Sequence record: PP892525.1
DNA from: Escherichia phage vB_EcoS_I14
Reading direction: 5' to 3' (one strand)
DNA length: 64,000 nt
Shown here: positions 19,819-29,780 of the stretch, piece after piece
How the letters are laid out: each line of letters opens with the position of its first letter
Numbering within the stretch: position 1 is the stretch's first letter
Made by a program: the position numbers and the translations under genes
The notes under the pieces: model-generated
Databases searched by the model: none
What the model saw: the letters and a program-made list of their open reading frames with translations, nothing else
Told to the model about the DNA's origin: nothing

Positions 19819-20614
19819 AAGGTCTACCCTCTAAATGAGCTTCTACACGAGCAATAAAATCAGGGTCACTAAAAGCATCTACCGCACCTTTACTCCAGTA
19901 AGGGATACCGCGTTCTTCCAACTGGTACATCTCACTACGAGTCATACCTTGATAGCCCGGTTCTGCTGCGAGGGCACTATCATAGTAGTTAACAACCATA
20001 AGTTTCGCAGCAGTCAAATTAAGAACAGGAAATAATTCCCAGTAGAAGTTAATTACTTGGTTAGAGCAACCAACCACAATGATCATATCTTGACTGGTAA
20101 TACCATCAAAAACATTATACATTTCTGCGTATGCAGGAGCATGTTCTCCAAAGAAGATTACATTAGGTTTAACCCATTTATAATCATCTGGATCAATAGA
20201 ATTATACCCTACATCAATAATCCGTTTATTGCTACTATTGTAGCTATCAGCTACAACAACCTCTTTTAAATATCCGTGAATGTGCAGAATGTCACTATGT
20301 GGAACGCCAGCACGCTCAATAAGGTCATCAACGTTGGTAGTCAAGTTTACTACTTGACCTGGATATTGTTTATACCATTCACCAATACGCAAATGTGCAA
20401 GATTGGGTTCAACAGTTTTTAGCTCTTCACGACGTTTGTTGTAAAACATATGGGTTTTATGGTAAAAATTACCACGAAAGGCATGAATATTACATACTTC
20501 TTCTAGATCATAATCATCCCACAATGCTTTACCACTAGCAGTATCAGTACGAAAAGCTCGTACACCACTTTCAACACTCAAACCTGCACCGCTAATAATA
20601 ATTACCCTACGCAT
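19778..20614 (-). CDS. SIR2-family (sirtuin-like) NAD-binding protein lacking the zinc ribbon
   Basis: 278 aa; sirtuin motifs GAGLSVESGVRAFR, TTNVDDLIERAG, HIHGY, PNVIFFGE, VVGCSN; no CxxC pairs. Confidence 0.65.
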   Translation of the reverse strand: MRRVIIISGAGLSVESGVRAFRTDTASGKALWDDYDLEEVCNIHAFRGNFYHKTHMFYNKRREELKTVEPNLAHLRIGEWYKQYPGQVVNLTTNVDDLIERAGVPHSDILHIHGYLKEVVVADSYNSSNKRIIDVGYNSIDPDDYKWVKPNVIFFGEHAPAYAEMYNVFDGITSQDMIIVVGCSNQVINFYWELFPVLNLTAAKLMVVNYYDSALAAEPGYQGMTRSEMYQLEERGIPYWSKGAVDAFSDPDFIARVEAHLEGRPYVSRSKGNRYVHS

Positions 20615-20828
20615 TTTTCACCTGTTCTCTGAAGTTTTGCCCAATACTGTCTAATAGCTCAGCTAATTCTTTATTGCCTTTCTCCATTAAGGTATTAGCA
20701 ATAACTTCTAGCATAGTAGCACAGGATTCAACACCATCCTTATAGCCAGTTTCCCAGTGCTGCATTAATGCGTTTTCCAAAGCGGAGTTTAAACCCTTAT
20801 CTGGCAGCATCGGCTTCGAGAATGCCAT
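20607..20828 (-). CDS. hypothetical protein
   Basis: 73 aa ORF. Confidence 0.4.
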   Translation of the reverse strand: MAFSKPMLPDKGLNSALENALMQHWETGYKDGVESCATMLEVIANTLMEKGNKELAELLDSIGQNFREQVKNA

Positions 20829-21000
20829 AAAGTTTCTCCTCTAGTTCCATAACACGATTTTCATAAGAGGCACGCAACTTTTCAATTGCTAGCGCACGCA
20901 CTGTAACCTCATTAGAATTAATAGCTAATTGGGCCAGATCTTCTGTTTCCATACGTCCGTTGTAAATTAAGCGATATTTAAGATGTTTTACGTTTTTCAT
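20797..21000 (-). CDS. hypothetical protein
   Basis: 67 aa ORF. Confidence 0.4.
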   Translation of the reverse strand: MKNVKHLKYRLIYNGRMETEDLAQLAINSNEVTVRALAIEKLRASYENRVMELEEKLYGILEADAAR

Positions 21001-21009
21001 TCTTGTTCC

Positions 21010-21291
21010 TTAGTTCTGTACTGTAAATTCATTCTTATCACAGTGAGCATAATAATACCCGTACATACGATAAATTTTCACAGCCTTAGTAGACCCCTTC
21101 GATTCTTCATAATCGATCCAGAGCCACTTGTCTTTACCTACATAGTGTACCCGAAACTTCTTAACCTTCTTATCATTCCATGTTGCAACAACACGACGAT
21201 AATCAAATCCACCCAACCAATCTAGAGCCTTACGTTCTTCACTAGGCTCTCCAAGATGGGAGACATCTACTTTAGGAAGCAACTCGCTCAT
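21010..21291 (-). CDS. hypothetical protein
   Basis: 93 aa ORF downstream of promoter 21320-21348. Confidence 0.45.
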   Translation of the reverse strand: MSELLPKVDVSHLGEPSEERKALDWLGGFDYRRVVATWNDKKVKKFRVHYVGKDKWLWIDYEESKGSTKAVKIYRMYGYYYAHCDKNEFTVQN

Positions 21292-21319
21292 AGCTTTCTC
21301 CTATCAAATTTATAAATCT

Positions 21320-21348
21320 ATTATATATAAATTTTTGGCTGAAAGCAA
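21320..21348 (-). promoter_or_regulatory. sigma70-type early promoter resembling T5 P-N25 (minus strand)
   Basis: Minus strand reads TTTATTTGCTTTCAG...TATAATAGATTTATAAATTTGATAGGAG. Confidence 0.7.
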
Positions 21349-21390
21349 ATAAAATAAAAGCCAGGTCGACTAGCAACCCGGCTGATTAGC

Positions 21391-23265
21391 TTATTTAGCT
21401 CGAATATCCTGATGTTTCACCCTGCCCATAACCTCATGCTGTTTGCCTGGGTTAAATGGACGAGCACCTGGATTTCCAAGATACCCACAAACTCGACGAG
21501 TTACTTCAAGAGTTTCAGGGTCATGATTACCACAGATAGGGCACTTAAACCCATCTTCGGATGCTATTGTTTCACCTAAGAATCCACATTTACCACAAGA
21601 ATCCACTGGAGTATTAATACCGAAGTAATGAACCTTACTAGCAGCATAATTAATAACCCATTCCAGTGCATCTGGGAATCGTTTCATATCCGGTAGTTCT
21701 ACATAGGAAATACACCCACCAGAAGCAATCGGAGTAAAGTTAGATTCATAATCAAATTTGACGTTAGGAGCAACTTTACGTTCCACATCAAGGTGGTGCG
21801 AGTTAGTGTAGTATCCTTTAGACAGAATATCTTCATGCTCTGGGAAATATTCACGGTCTAGACGACAAAAACGATCACATAGGGATTCTGATGGTGTAGC
21901 ATACAGGCTATAACCTAACTTAGTTTCTTCCTTCTTCTGATCGACTCTATCCCGCATGTACTGCAATACACGCTGAACAAACTTGATGCAGGTCTCGGAC
22001 ATTGTGTCTACATCTTTGCCAAACATGAACTGTAGCATTTCATGGCAACCAATATACCCTAGAGATACAGAAGCACGGTTATAGAAATGATCGAATACAT
22101 ATTCATCAGGCTCCAAGCGTAAACCAAAGGCTCCTGACATATAGAGGATAGGTGCAGCTTTAGCTTGGATGTATTTTAAGCGATCAACTCTCCACTCCAA
22201 TGCTTTTAACGCTGTATCCACACGTAGCTCAAGCAAATCAAAGAATAGATCAATATTTCCTTCAGCTTCGATAGCAATTCTAGGCAAGTTTACAGAAACA
22301 ACACCTAAGTTATTACGACCGGCAGTTTCACCATCTTCTGTAGCAGCTAAGAATGAACGACAGCCCATAGAAACTTTATAGTCTCCAGTAACTTCCACAA
22401 CCTTATCATAGCTGATATAATCTGGATACATACGTTCAGCAGTACATTTCATAGCTAACTTCTTGATGTCATAATTAACATCCCCTGGTTTCATATTTAC
22501 GCCATCACGAAGTACAAATACCAGTTTCGGGAAGATAGCTGTACGTTTATTGATACCTAAACCATCCATGCGTACTTTGAGTATTGCTTTCTGTACTAGA
22601 CGTGCTTCCCAAGAAGTTCCCAGACCAAAGCCAAAGGTAATAAATGGACTCTGACCATTAGAGTTGAACATGGTATTGATTTCATATTCTAGACCCTGAC
22701 AGGCATCATAAACTTCTTTTTCAGTCATCTCCGTAGCCATTACTGATGCTTTGGCCTCATCCTTAGTCCAACGTTTTGCAAACGCATGATTTTTGTCATA
22801 GGATTTACGAACATAAGGAGCTAATACTTCATCAAGGCGATCCACGGAAGTACCACCATACTGATGGGAACTAACCTGTGTGATAATCTGAGCTGTAATA
22901 GCCGCCGCAGTAGTGATAGAGTTTGGAGTGCTAATTTCAGCATTACCAACCTTCATACCATTCTTCAACATATCTTCCAGAGCTACCAGACAACAGTTAG
23001 TCATGCCTAATGCAGCATAATCAGCATCATGGAAATGAATATCCCCAATCATATGAGCATTTCGAATCTGAATTGGCATTTCTTCTAGAATCAGATACTT
23101 ACTCAATTCACCTGCAAGCATATCCCTTTGTGTAGGGAAACGTTCTGAGGGTTTATTGGCATTATTAAACAGCAGTTCTTCATCTGCTGACCCTTCGATA
23201 ATCTCTTTGCAGTTTCTAATTAACGCCTGCATTCCTTTATACTTTAGTTCTTCATTGCGATTCAT
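21391..23265 (-). CDS. nrdD: anaerobic ribonucleoside-triphosphate reductase (class III)
   Basis: 624 aa; C-terminal glycyl-radical motif RVCGYLG; zinc ribbon CGKCG...CPICG. Confidence 0.95.
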   Translation of the reverse strand: MNRNEELKYKGMQALIRNCKEIIEGSADEELLFNNANKPSERFPTQRDMLAGELSKYLILEEMPIQIRNAHMIGDIHFHDADYAALGMTNCCLVALEDMLKNGMKVGNAEISTPNSITTAAAITAQIITQVSSHQYGGTSVDRLDEVLAPYVRKSYDKNHAFAKRWTKDEAKASVMATEMTEKEVYDACQGLEYEINTMFNSNGQSPFITFGFGLGTSWEARLVQKAILKVRMDGLGINKRTAIFPKLVFVLRDGVNMKPGDVNYDIKKLAMKCTAERMYPDYISYDKVVEVTGDYKVSMGCRSFLAATEDGETAGRNNLGVVSVNLPRIAIEAEGNIDLFFDLLELRVDTALKALEWRVDRLKYIQAKAAPILYMSGAFGLRLEPDEYVFDHFYNRASVSLGYIGCHEMLQFMFGKDVDTMSETCIKFVQRVLQYMRDRVDQKKEETKLGYSLYATPSESLCDRFCRLDREYFPEHEDILSKGYYTNSHHLDVERKVAPNVKFDYESNFTPIASGGCISYVELPDMKRFPDALEWVINYAASKVHYFGINTPVDSCGKCGFLGETIASEDGFKCPICGNHDPETLEVTRRVCGYLGNPGARPFNPGKQHEVMGRVKHQDIRAK

Positions 23266-23294
23266 TATACCCTCCTTCTCTAACTAAGACTACT

Positions 23295-23323
23295 ATTATA
23301 ACTCATTCGAAGGCGGATGTCAA
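23295..23323 (-). promoter_or_regulatory. consensus sigma70 promoter upstream of nrdD (minus strand)
   Basis: Minus strand reads TTGACA-17bp-TATAAT (perfect consensus hexamers). Confidence 0.7.
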
Positions 23324-23374
23324 CAATATTTTACTATAAAGTTCTATAACATGATCTGAGTCAAAAAATTTTAT

Positions 23375-23403
23375 TTGCCAACCTCTACTAAAAATAGTAT
23401 AAT
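23375..23403 (+). promoter_or_regulatory. sigma70-type promoter (distal, divergent region)
   Basis: TTGCCA-17bp-TATAAT with A/T-rich upstream. Confidence 0.6.
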
Positions 23404-23515
23404 CACGCACCCGTGTACGCGATATAAAATGATTATCTAGTACCATACATCTCCCAATAAAAGCAAGCAAATTTTTTATTTAAATGCAATATCATAGGCT
23501 TATTTAAAATTGTAG

Positions 23516-23544
23516 TTGCTTTCTCCCGTATATATTGGTATAAT
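23516..23544 (+). promoter_or_regulatory. sigma70-type early promoter upstream of phoH
   Basis: TTGCTT-17bp-TATAAT with AAAATT upstream tract. Confidence 0.7.
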
Positions 23545-23617
23545 ATATTTGTAAGTTGATAAACAAGATCTTTTTGTTGATCCTCTGTTAGCGAAGTACA
23601 CTATAGGAGTGTTATTT

Positions 23618-24370
23618 ATGGGAAAAGCACGTCAAAAAAGAGAGAACCGCAATGGTTCAAGAAAGCGTGGCAACAAGTACGAGAGTAACGTAATTCAAGC
23701 AGATTTCTCTGGTGATTACGCCAATCCAGTTGCTAAATCCCTAGTTGGTAAAAACCGTGAGCAAAAATCATATATCAATATGATCAAGAACAACACAGTG
23801 ACTGTGGGTATCGGTGAACCAGGTACTGGTAAAACCTTTATCCCGTCCGTTCTTGCAGCTCAGGAACTCGTAGACATTCACTCAGATATTGAGCAAGTGA
23901 TCCTCGTGCGTCCGAACGAACCTCTAGGTAAATCTCTTGGTATGCTCCCAGGTGATCTAGCAGAAAAGCTAGAGCCTTGGTTGGAACCAATAGCCGATGG
24001 CATGAAATGGGCAATCGGTGATCACGCCTATAAAGGATATGTCGAACGTCAGAAAATCAAATTCCTGGCTATCGAACATGCCCGTGGCCGAACTTTCAAC
24101 AACTCCTATGTAATTGTCGATGAAGCTCAGAATATTTCCGTTGAGGCAATGATTTGTCTTCTAACTCGTGTAGGGCAAGACTGCCGTTTAATTATCTGCG
24201 GAGATATAGCTCAGAAAGACATTAAAGGTGACTCAGGTCTAGCACTCCTTATGGAAGTCTATGAGAAATACGAAAATGCCCCATTCTCAATGATCGAATT
24301 GATTGATAACGTTCGTTCTGTTGAGTCTAAAGCATTCTATGACATCTTTAAAGACATGGGGAAGGTGTAA
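23618..24370 (+). CDS. phoH: PhoH-like ATPase
   Basis: Walker A GEPGTGKTF; HARGRT; DEAQN; ATG 23618 after AGGAG. Confidence 0.85.
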   Translation: MGKARQKRENRNGSRKRGNKYESNVIQADFSGDYANPVAKSLVGKNREQKSYINMIKNNTVTVGIGEPGTGKTFIPSVLAAQELVDIHSDIEQVILVRPNEPLGKSLGMLPGDLAEKLEPWLEPIADGMKWAIGDHAYKGYVERQKIKFLAIEHARGRTFNNSYVIVDEAQNISVEAMICLLTRVGQDCRLIICGDIAQKDIKGDSGLALLMEVYEKYENAPFSMIELIDNVRSVESKAFYDIFKDMGKV

Positions 24371-24371
24371 T

Positions 24372-24593
24372 ATGGGAAACGTCGTTCATCTGAGCCGTAA
24401 AACTAAAATACATCGTACTTCACTGAGTGCTGCTAATATAATTACACGTAAGGAAGGGGAAGAAAGTCCTAAGACAACCCTAGCGTGGAAAATTGTAACC
24501 TCAAATCCAAATAAACCATTCAATTATAATGAGCTGAGCACCTCCATAGATATTCTATTAAAAGAAGTGGCTAGAGCTAAAATAATTGAATAA
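24372..24593 (+). CDS. hypothetical protein
   Basis: 73 aa from ATG 24372; the track ORF starts at 24303 in overlap with phoH. Confidence 0.4.
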   Translation: MGNVVHLSRKTKIHRTSLSAANIITRKEGEESPKTTLAWKIVTSNPNKPFNYNELSTSIDILLKEVARAKIIE

Positions 24594-24735
24594 ACTAAAA
24601 AGCTAGACTGGTAATATACAGGGCCTGGGTATGAAAATACTCGGGCCTTTTCTATCAGAAAATTTTATTTGCCTAATGACCGATAATAAAGTAGAATATT
24701 CCTTAAATCCTGATAACTATAAAAAGGAAAGCCAA

Positions 24736-27066
24736 ATGAGCCATCGCATTGAAAAAGTAATTAAACGTGACGGTACTGTAGAAGACTTTGCTCCTGAAAA
24801 AATCAATGGTTGGGCAGAGTATGGGTGCAAAACAGTTGATGTAAGTTGGTCAGCCATTACTATGGCTGCTCAAAAAACTCTGCCTAAAGGGGTTGTAGAT
24901 TCCGACACTCTGATGGATGCATTAATTAAAGCTGCTGAAAGTCTTATTAAAGATAATCCAGCATATGATGTGCCAGCAAAGGAATTACGTCTTGCGCAAA
25001 TGCGTAAACGCCTTTATGACTCTTTCGAACCACCTTCTCTACGCTTCTTCCATGACCATATGGTTAGCGTAGGTGCATGGGAAGACATGAGTGCATGGAT
25101 TACCGATGAGCAATTTGAAGCTCTGAATCAGGTTATCGACCATGACCGTGACCGTCTTTTTACTAGTGGTGGGCTGAAGCAGTTCTTTGATAAGTATTCC
25201 CGTCGTAACATAGCCACTGGTGAAATTTACGAAACCCCGCAGTTTGCCTACATGGGTATGGCAATGGCGATGCTTTCTCAACCTAACTGGACAATTCTAG
25301 ATGCAATCGACCTCTACAACGCAATGTCACTCCACAAAATCAACGTTCCTACGCCGCCACTGGTTGGTCTGCGCTCTAGTGACCGTGGATTTGCTAGTTG
25401 CTGCCTCGTGGATTCCACTGACACGTTGGATTCAATCGACACCGCCGAGCACATCGTCTTCAAAATGGTCGCAGCCAGAGCGGGAATCGGGTATCATCTT
25501 GAAAGCCGATCAATTGCTGATCCGGTGCGAAATGGGGCATTCCCGCATTCCGGAAAACTGCCATATTATCGACACATTGACCGCTCAGTAAAGGCCAATA
25601 CTCAGCAAACTCGTGGTGGTTCTGCTACAGTGTCTTATCCGTACTTCGACCCTGAAATCATTCAATTGATGCAGGTTAAGCAACAACGTGCTACAGATGA
25701 GAATAAAATTGATAAGATGGATTATTCTCTAAGCTTTAACAATCTTTTGTTAAAACGTTATCTTAAAAACGAAGATATTACGCTAATGTCATACTTCTAT
25801 GCTCCAGAAGTTCATGAAGCGTTTTATAGTGATGACGAGGCTAAATTTGAAGAAATCTACGTGGCAGCGGAGAAACGTGTGGCATCTCTTACAAAGATCG
25901 ACCACGAAGGAAAAACAGTTCCAGCAGCTCCTAAAGTCTCTGCAAAAGAAATCCTAGATACTTGGCTACGTATCCGAATGGAAACAGGACGTATGTATGC
26001 TCATCACATTGGGGAATCTAATCGTCACGGTAACTTCCTTGATCCGATCCGTATGACAAACCTTTGTGTTGAAATTACTCAGCCTACACGCCCGTTCCAT
26101 CACATTACAGAGCTGTACAAGACAAAAGAGCAGCTTAATCAGATGAAGCCGGAGGATATTGGTGAAGTATCCCTGTGTAACTTAGGTGGTGTTGTACTTG
26201 GACGCATGGAATCTCTGGCTGAGTGGGAAAAAACTTGCTACATCCTTCTGAAGTTTGTTGATACAATTATTGAAATTCAGGATTACCCGTTCCCAACTAT
26301 GGAATATACGGCTAAGAAACGTCGTAATGTTGGTATTGGCCTGATGAACGCAGCAGGTGCAATGGCAGCAGAAGGTCTGGCTTACGAAGGTATTGAAGCT
26401 CGTAACTGGATCCACCGTGAGGCTGAAAAACTGTCTTACTTCCTGCATAAAGCCTCTGTACGCCTGGCTAAGGAACAGGGTGCATGTGAGTGGTTTGATC
26501 GTACTAAACCATCTAAAGGAATTCTGGTAATCGACACGTACAAGAAAACTGTTGATGAGTTGGTATCCGTAGGTCTAGAAATGGACTGGGAGTCTCTGCG
26601 TGCAGATATTCTGAAATACGGTATGCGTAACTCTGTTCTGACTGCTCAGATGCCAGGAGAAAGTTCTTCTGTTCTGTTAGGTGTTACTAACTCTATTGAA
26701 CCGCCTCGTAAGATTGTATCTATCAAGGGTAGTGCAGTGAATAAAGTAATTGCAATTGCCCCGGGTGCAACCGATTGGGAAACGTTAATGAGCTATAAAC
26801 TGGCTTATGATGTAGATCGTATAGAGTGGATCAAATGGGTAGCAACTATGCAGAAATTCTTCAGTCAGTCTATCAGTACGAATATGTACTATGACTACAC
26901 CAAGTTTGAGAATGAAATCATTCCTGGCCCAGTAGTAGTTCGTGATTTCATGACTGCTGTTAAATACGGGTGGAAAACTTGGTATTATGCTAACTTCAAC
27001 ACCGCAAATGGTGGTGGTGCTGGAGAAGAAGCAGCCGGTTGTGCATCAGGCGGTTGTACTATTTAA
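24736..27066 (+). CDS. nrdA: ribonucleotide reductase class Ia large subunit
   Basis: ATP-cone N-terminus then RNR catalytic core; start at ATG 24736 after AGGAAA; the track ORF starts at 24631. Confidence 0.95.
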   Translation: MSHRIEKVIKRDGTVEDFAPEKINGWAEYGCKTVDVSWSAITMAAQKTLPKGVVDSDTLMDALIKAAESLIKDNPAYDVPAKELRLAQMRKRLYDSFEPPSLRFFHDHMVSVGAWEDMSAWITDEQFEALNQVIDHDRDRLFTSGGLKQFFDKYSRRNIATGEIYETPQFAYMGMAMAMLSQPNWTILDAIDLYNAMSLHKINVPTPPLVGLRSSDRGFASCCLVDSTDTLDSIDTAEHIVFKMVAARAGIGYHLESRSIADPVRNGAFPHSGKLPYYRHIDRSVKANTQQTRGGSATVSYPYFDPEIIQLMQVKQQRATDENKIDKMDYSLSFNNLLLKRYLKNEDITLMSYFYAPEVHEAFYSDDEAKFEEIYVAAEKRVASLTKIDHEGKTVPAAPKVSAKEILDTWLRIRMETGRMYAHHIGESNRHGNFLDPIRMTNLCVEITQPTRPFHHITELYKTKEQLNQMKPEDIGEVSLCNLGGVVLGRMESLAEWEKTCYILLKFVDTIIEIQDYPFPTMEYTAKKRRNVGIGLMNAAGAMAAEGLAYEGIEARNWIHREAEKLSYFLHKASVRLAKEQGACEWFDRTKPSKGILVIDTYKKTVDELVSVGLEMDWESLRADILKYGMRNSVLTAQMPGESSSVLLGVTNSIEPPRKIVSIKGSAVNKVIAIAPGATDWETLMSYKLAYDVDRIEWIKWVATMQKFFSQSISTNMYYDYTKFENEIIPGPVVVRDFMTAVKYGWKTWYYANFNTANGGGAGEEAAGCASGGCTI

Positions 27067-27074
27067 TAAAAACA

Positions 27075-27100
27075 AGGGGATCTTCGGGTCTCCTTTTTCT
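27075..27100 (+). terminator. terminator-like hairpin after nrdA
   Basis: Imperfect GGGGA...TCTCC hairpin followed by TTTTTCTTT. Confidence 0.45.
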
Positions 27101-27112
27101 TTGAAATTTTAC

Positions 27113-27141
27113 TTGCTAATCGCTACCAGATTTGCTATAAT
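27113..27141 (+). promoter_or_regulatory. sigma70-type early promoter upstream of nrdB
   Basis: TTGCTA-17bp-TATAAT. Confidence 0.7.
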
Positions 27142-27172
27142 ATTCCTGAAATAGTGAGAAAGAGGAAAATCA

Positions 27173-28318
27173 ATGACTACTTTACTAAACCTGAACTGGG
27201 ATCATACTAACGCTGACCTTTTCCTGGGAGATTCTCTCGGTATCGCAGATTATGTACGTGTAGCACATCCAGAACTAGAACGTCTGGCACTACTGCAACG
27301 CTCTCAATTTTGGACTGAAACTGAAATCAGTCTGGAAGCAGATAAGAAACAATGGCCTAATCTCCCACGTGAAATTCAGGAAATTACACTCCTGAACTTA
27401 GCATGGCAAACCCAAACCGACTCCTTTATCAGTCGTGCCCCTGAAGCAGCTATTATGCCGCTTGTAAGTCGTCCAGAATTGGAAGGTATGCTCAAGCAGT
27501 GGAGCTACTTCGAAGATCTGCATAGTCGTGCTTATAGTAATATTATTCGTAATGTGCTGACTGATCCAGCAGAATTTATTGATTCTGTAACCAAAAATCA
27601 AGAAGCATTCGCACGAATCGCTGATTCTGTTGAGCTATTTGATGAGCTATATCAGTTAGGCCAGTATTTCATCGCAGTACGCGATCATCGTGGTGACAAT
27701 ACATATCCAGAAACTGAGTTCCCTGAAGTTAAACGTGAAACTCAGGCTAAACTATTAGACGCTTACTTTGCGATCTATGGTCTGGAAGCAATGCAGTTTT
27801 ACGCATCCTTTGCATGTACTTTTGCATTAGCAGAGAATGATATTCTGCAAGGTATTGCTAAAAATCTGCAATTAATCGCTAAAGATGAAGCTCTGCACAC
27901 TCAGATGTCCAAAGCAATCATCCAGATTATGTTCCAGCAGTTTGACAAAGATCTGGTGGATGAAGCAGTGGCTAAAGCACCAGCACAGCTCCTGAAAACT
28001 CTGAAAACTGAAATTGAATGGGGTCATTTCATTTTCAAAGGTCGTAGTCTGATTGGCTTGAATGCAGAACTTCTAGAAGAATATCTGTACTTTGTGGGGC
28101 GTAATGCATTTATGCACATCGGTGTAGAATGGCCTAGTCATTTACCAGTAATCACCAAGAACCCCATTCCGTGGATCATGAACTGGCTGGATACCACTTC
28201 TTTACAGCCTGCTCCACAAGAAATCCAGATTGGTGCAGCATATCGTGTAGGTCAAGTCACCGAAACCTCTACTGATACTCTGAAAGATCTGGGTAATGAA
28301 TTTGGAGATTTCTTATGA
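27173..28318 (+). CDS. nrdB: ribonucleotide reductase class Ia small subunit
   Basis: 381 aa ferritin-like ORF directly after nrdA with its own promoter. Confidence 0.9.
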   Translation: MTTLLNLNWDHTNADLFLGDSLGIADYVRVAHPELERLALLQRSQFWTETEISLEADKKQWPNLPREIQEITLLNLAWQTQTDSFISRAPEAAIMPLVSRPELEGMLKQWSYFEDLHSRAYSNIIRNVLTDPAEFIDSVTKNQEAFARIADSVELFDELYQLGQYFIAVRDHRGDNTYPETEFPEVKRETQAKLLDAYFAIYGLEAMQFYASFACTFALAENDILQGIAKNLQLIAKDEALHTQMSKAIIQIMFQQFDKDLVDEAVAKAPAQLLKTLKTEIEWGHFIFKGRSLIGLNAELLEEYLYFVGRNAFMHIGVEWPSHLPVITKNPIPWIMNWLDTTSLQPAPQEIQIGAAYRVGQVTETSTDTLKDLGNEFGDFL

Positions 28319-28848
28319 TTACAGCAATGTATGCAGTTGGGCCGAATGGGGAGTTCGGCCTCCACGGTAAACTTCCGTGGGGTTCCTTCAAAGAAGAACT
28401 AGATGCTTTCTATTCTCAACTGGACGTGTTGAATCCAGATAACATCATCATTGGTGCTGGTACTTATTTAGCTCTTCCATACGCCGTTAGGGAACGTATG
28501 ATTGGAGCTTCTGATCTATTTATTCGTGCTGATCGTCCACTGCCAGACGATATTACACATGGTATTTACACCCCAATTTCTAAGATTGGGGATACATTGC
28601 CTACGTTCTTAAAAGATCAACAGACAGTGGTTTTAGGTGGCGCAACATTACTGTACGAAATGTATATTCACGGTCATATTGAAAGTGCTTTCGTATCCAC
28701 AATCTTTAGTGATCAAAAACTAGAGGCAGATGTACATCTGGATAATACGATTCTAGATTACAACTATGAATCTACTCGTTTAGTTTACGCAACTGGCGCA
28801 AACAGTGATAACAGCCTGCGATTTGTACAGGAATTGGTTACTTATTAA
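28315..28848 (+). CDS. dihydrofolate reductase
   Basis: 177 aa; DHFR-like N-terminus; between nrdB and thyA. Confidence 0.7.
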   Translation: MITAMYAVGPNGEFGLHGKLPWGSFKEELDAFYSQLDVLNPDNIIIGAGTYLALPYAVRERMIGASDLFIRADRPLPDDITHGIYTPISKIGDTLPTFLKDQQTVVLGGATLLYEMYIHGHIESAFVSTIFSDQKLEADVHLDNTILDYNYESTRLVYATGANSDNSLRFVQELVTY

Positions 28849-29687
28849 TGCAACAATATTTAAAAATTCTAACAGATGTAATTTTACTGGGTGAACCACG
28901 TAACGATCGTACAGGAACAGGCACAGTTTCAATTTTCGATTCCTATGCTAAGTTCGACCTACGTGAAGGATTCCCTGCCGTAACTACTAAACGTCTAGCT
29001 TGGAAATCGGTAGTTGGGGAACTCTTATGGTTCCTATCTGGATCTACAAATCTCCATGATCTGCGTGTATTCACGTTTGGGCGTGACCAAGGACAGTGGA
29101 CTATCTGGACCCCAAATTATGAAGACCAAGCTATAAGCATGGGTTATGACAATGGTAATCTAGGACCAGTATACGGTAAACAATGGCGCAACTTTGGCGG
29201 ACGAGATCAGATTTTAGAACTCATTGAGGGACTCAATAATAATCCACATAGTCGTAGACACCTAGTATCTGCATGGAACGTTGCTGAACTGGATAAGATG
29301 GCACTACCACCATGTCATTATGGTTTTCAGTGTTACGTAAGTAATGATGGATACCTAGATCTTAAATGGACACAACGTTCTGTAGACTGTTTTCTAGGCC
29401 TACCTTTCAATATTGCTAGTTATGCTTTATTAACACATATACTAGCAAAACTGACTGGACTAAAACCTCGTTATCTCATCTTTAGTGGTGGAGATACACA
29501 TATTTACAGTGATCATATAGAGCAAGTAGAGGAGCAAATGAAACGTAAACCACGTCCTCTGCCAACTCTAGTAATGCCAGAATTTGTAGATCTCTATGAT
29601 TTATTAGAGAATAATACTGCGGCTTGGTCCTTCCAGCTTGAAGGATATGATCCGCATCCAGCTCTTAAAGCTAAAATGTCTTCTTAA
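28848..29687 (+). CDS. thyA: thymidylate synthase
   Basis: 279 aa; catalytic LPPCHYGFQCYV motif. Confidence 0.95.
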   Translation: MQQYLKILTDVILLGEPRNDRTGTGTVSIFDSYAKFDLREGFPAVTTKRLAWKSVVGELLWFLSGSTNLHDLRVFTFGRDQGQWTIWTPNYEDQAISMGYDNGNLGPVYGKQWRNFGGRDQILELIEGLNNNPHSRRHLVSAWNVAELDKMALPPCHYGFQCYVSNDGYLDLKWTQRSVDCFLGLPFNIASYALLTHILAKLTGLKPRYLIFSGGDTHIYSDHIEQVEEQMKRKPRPLPTLVMPEFVDLYDLLENNTAAWSFQLEGYDPHPALKAKMSS

Positions 29688-29692
29688 TTTAA

Positions 29693-29717
29693 ATAGCCCT
29701 TCGGGGCTATTATATTT
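29693..29717 (+). terminator. intrinsic terminator after thyA
   Basis: ATAGCCC-TTCG-GGGCTAT hairpin followed by a T-rich tract. Confidence 0.7.
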
Positions 29718-29726
29718 AAATTTCAT

Positions 29727-29755
29727 TTGCTTATTTAGTGAAATTTAAATATAAT
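29727..29755 (+). promoter_or_regulatory. sigma70-type early promoter
   Basis: TTGCTT-17bp-TATAAT, then ATAAATTGGAGG box. Confidence 0.7.
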
Positions 29756-29780
29756 ATATTTTATAAATTGGAGGTATATA

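Noticed and set aside
24736-29687. Self-splicing group I introns in nrdA, nrdB or thyA, as known for T4 td/nrdB/nrdD
   Set aside because: Each of these ORFs, and nrdD at 21391-23265, is continuous and full-length with catalytic motifs in a single frame, so there is no sign of interruption.
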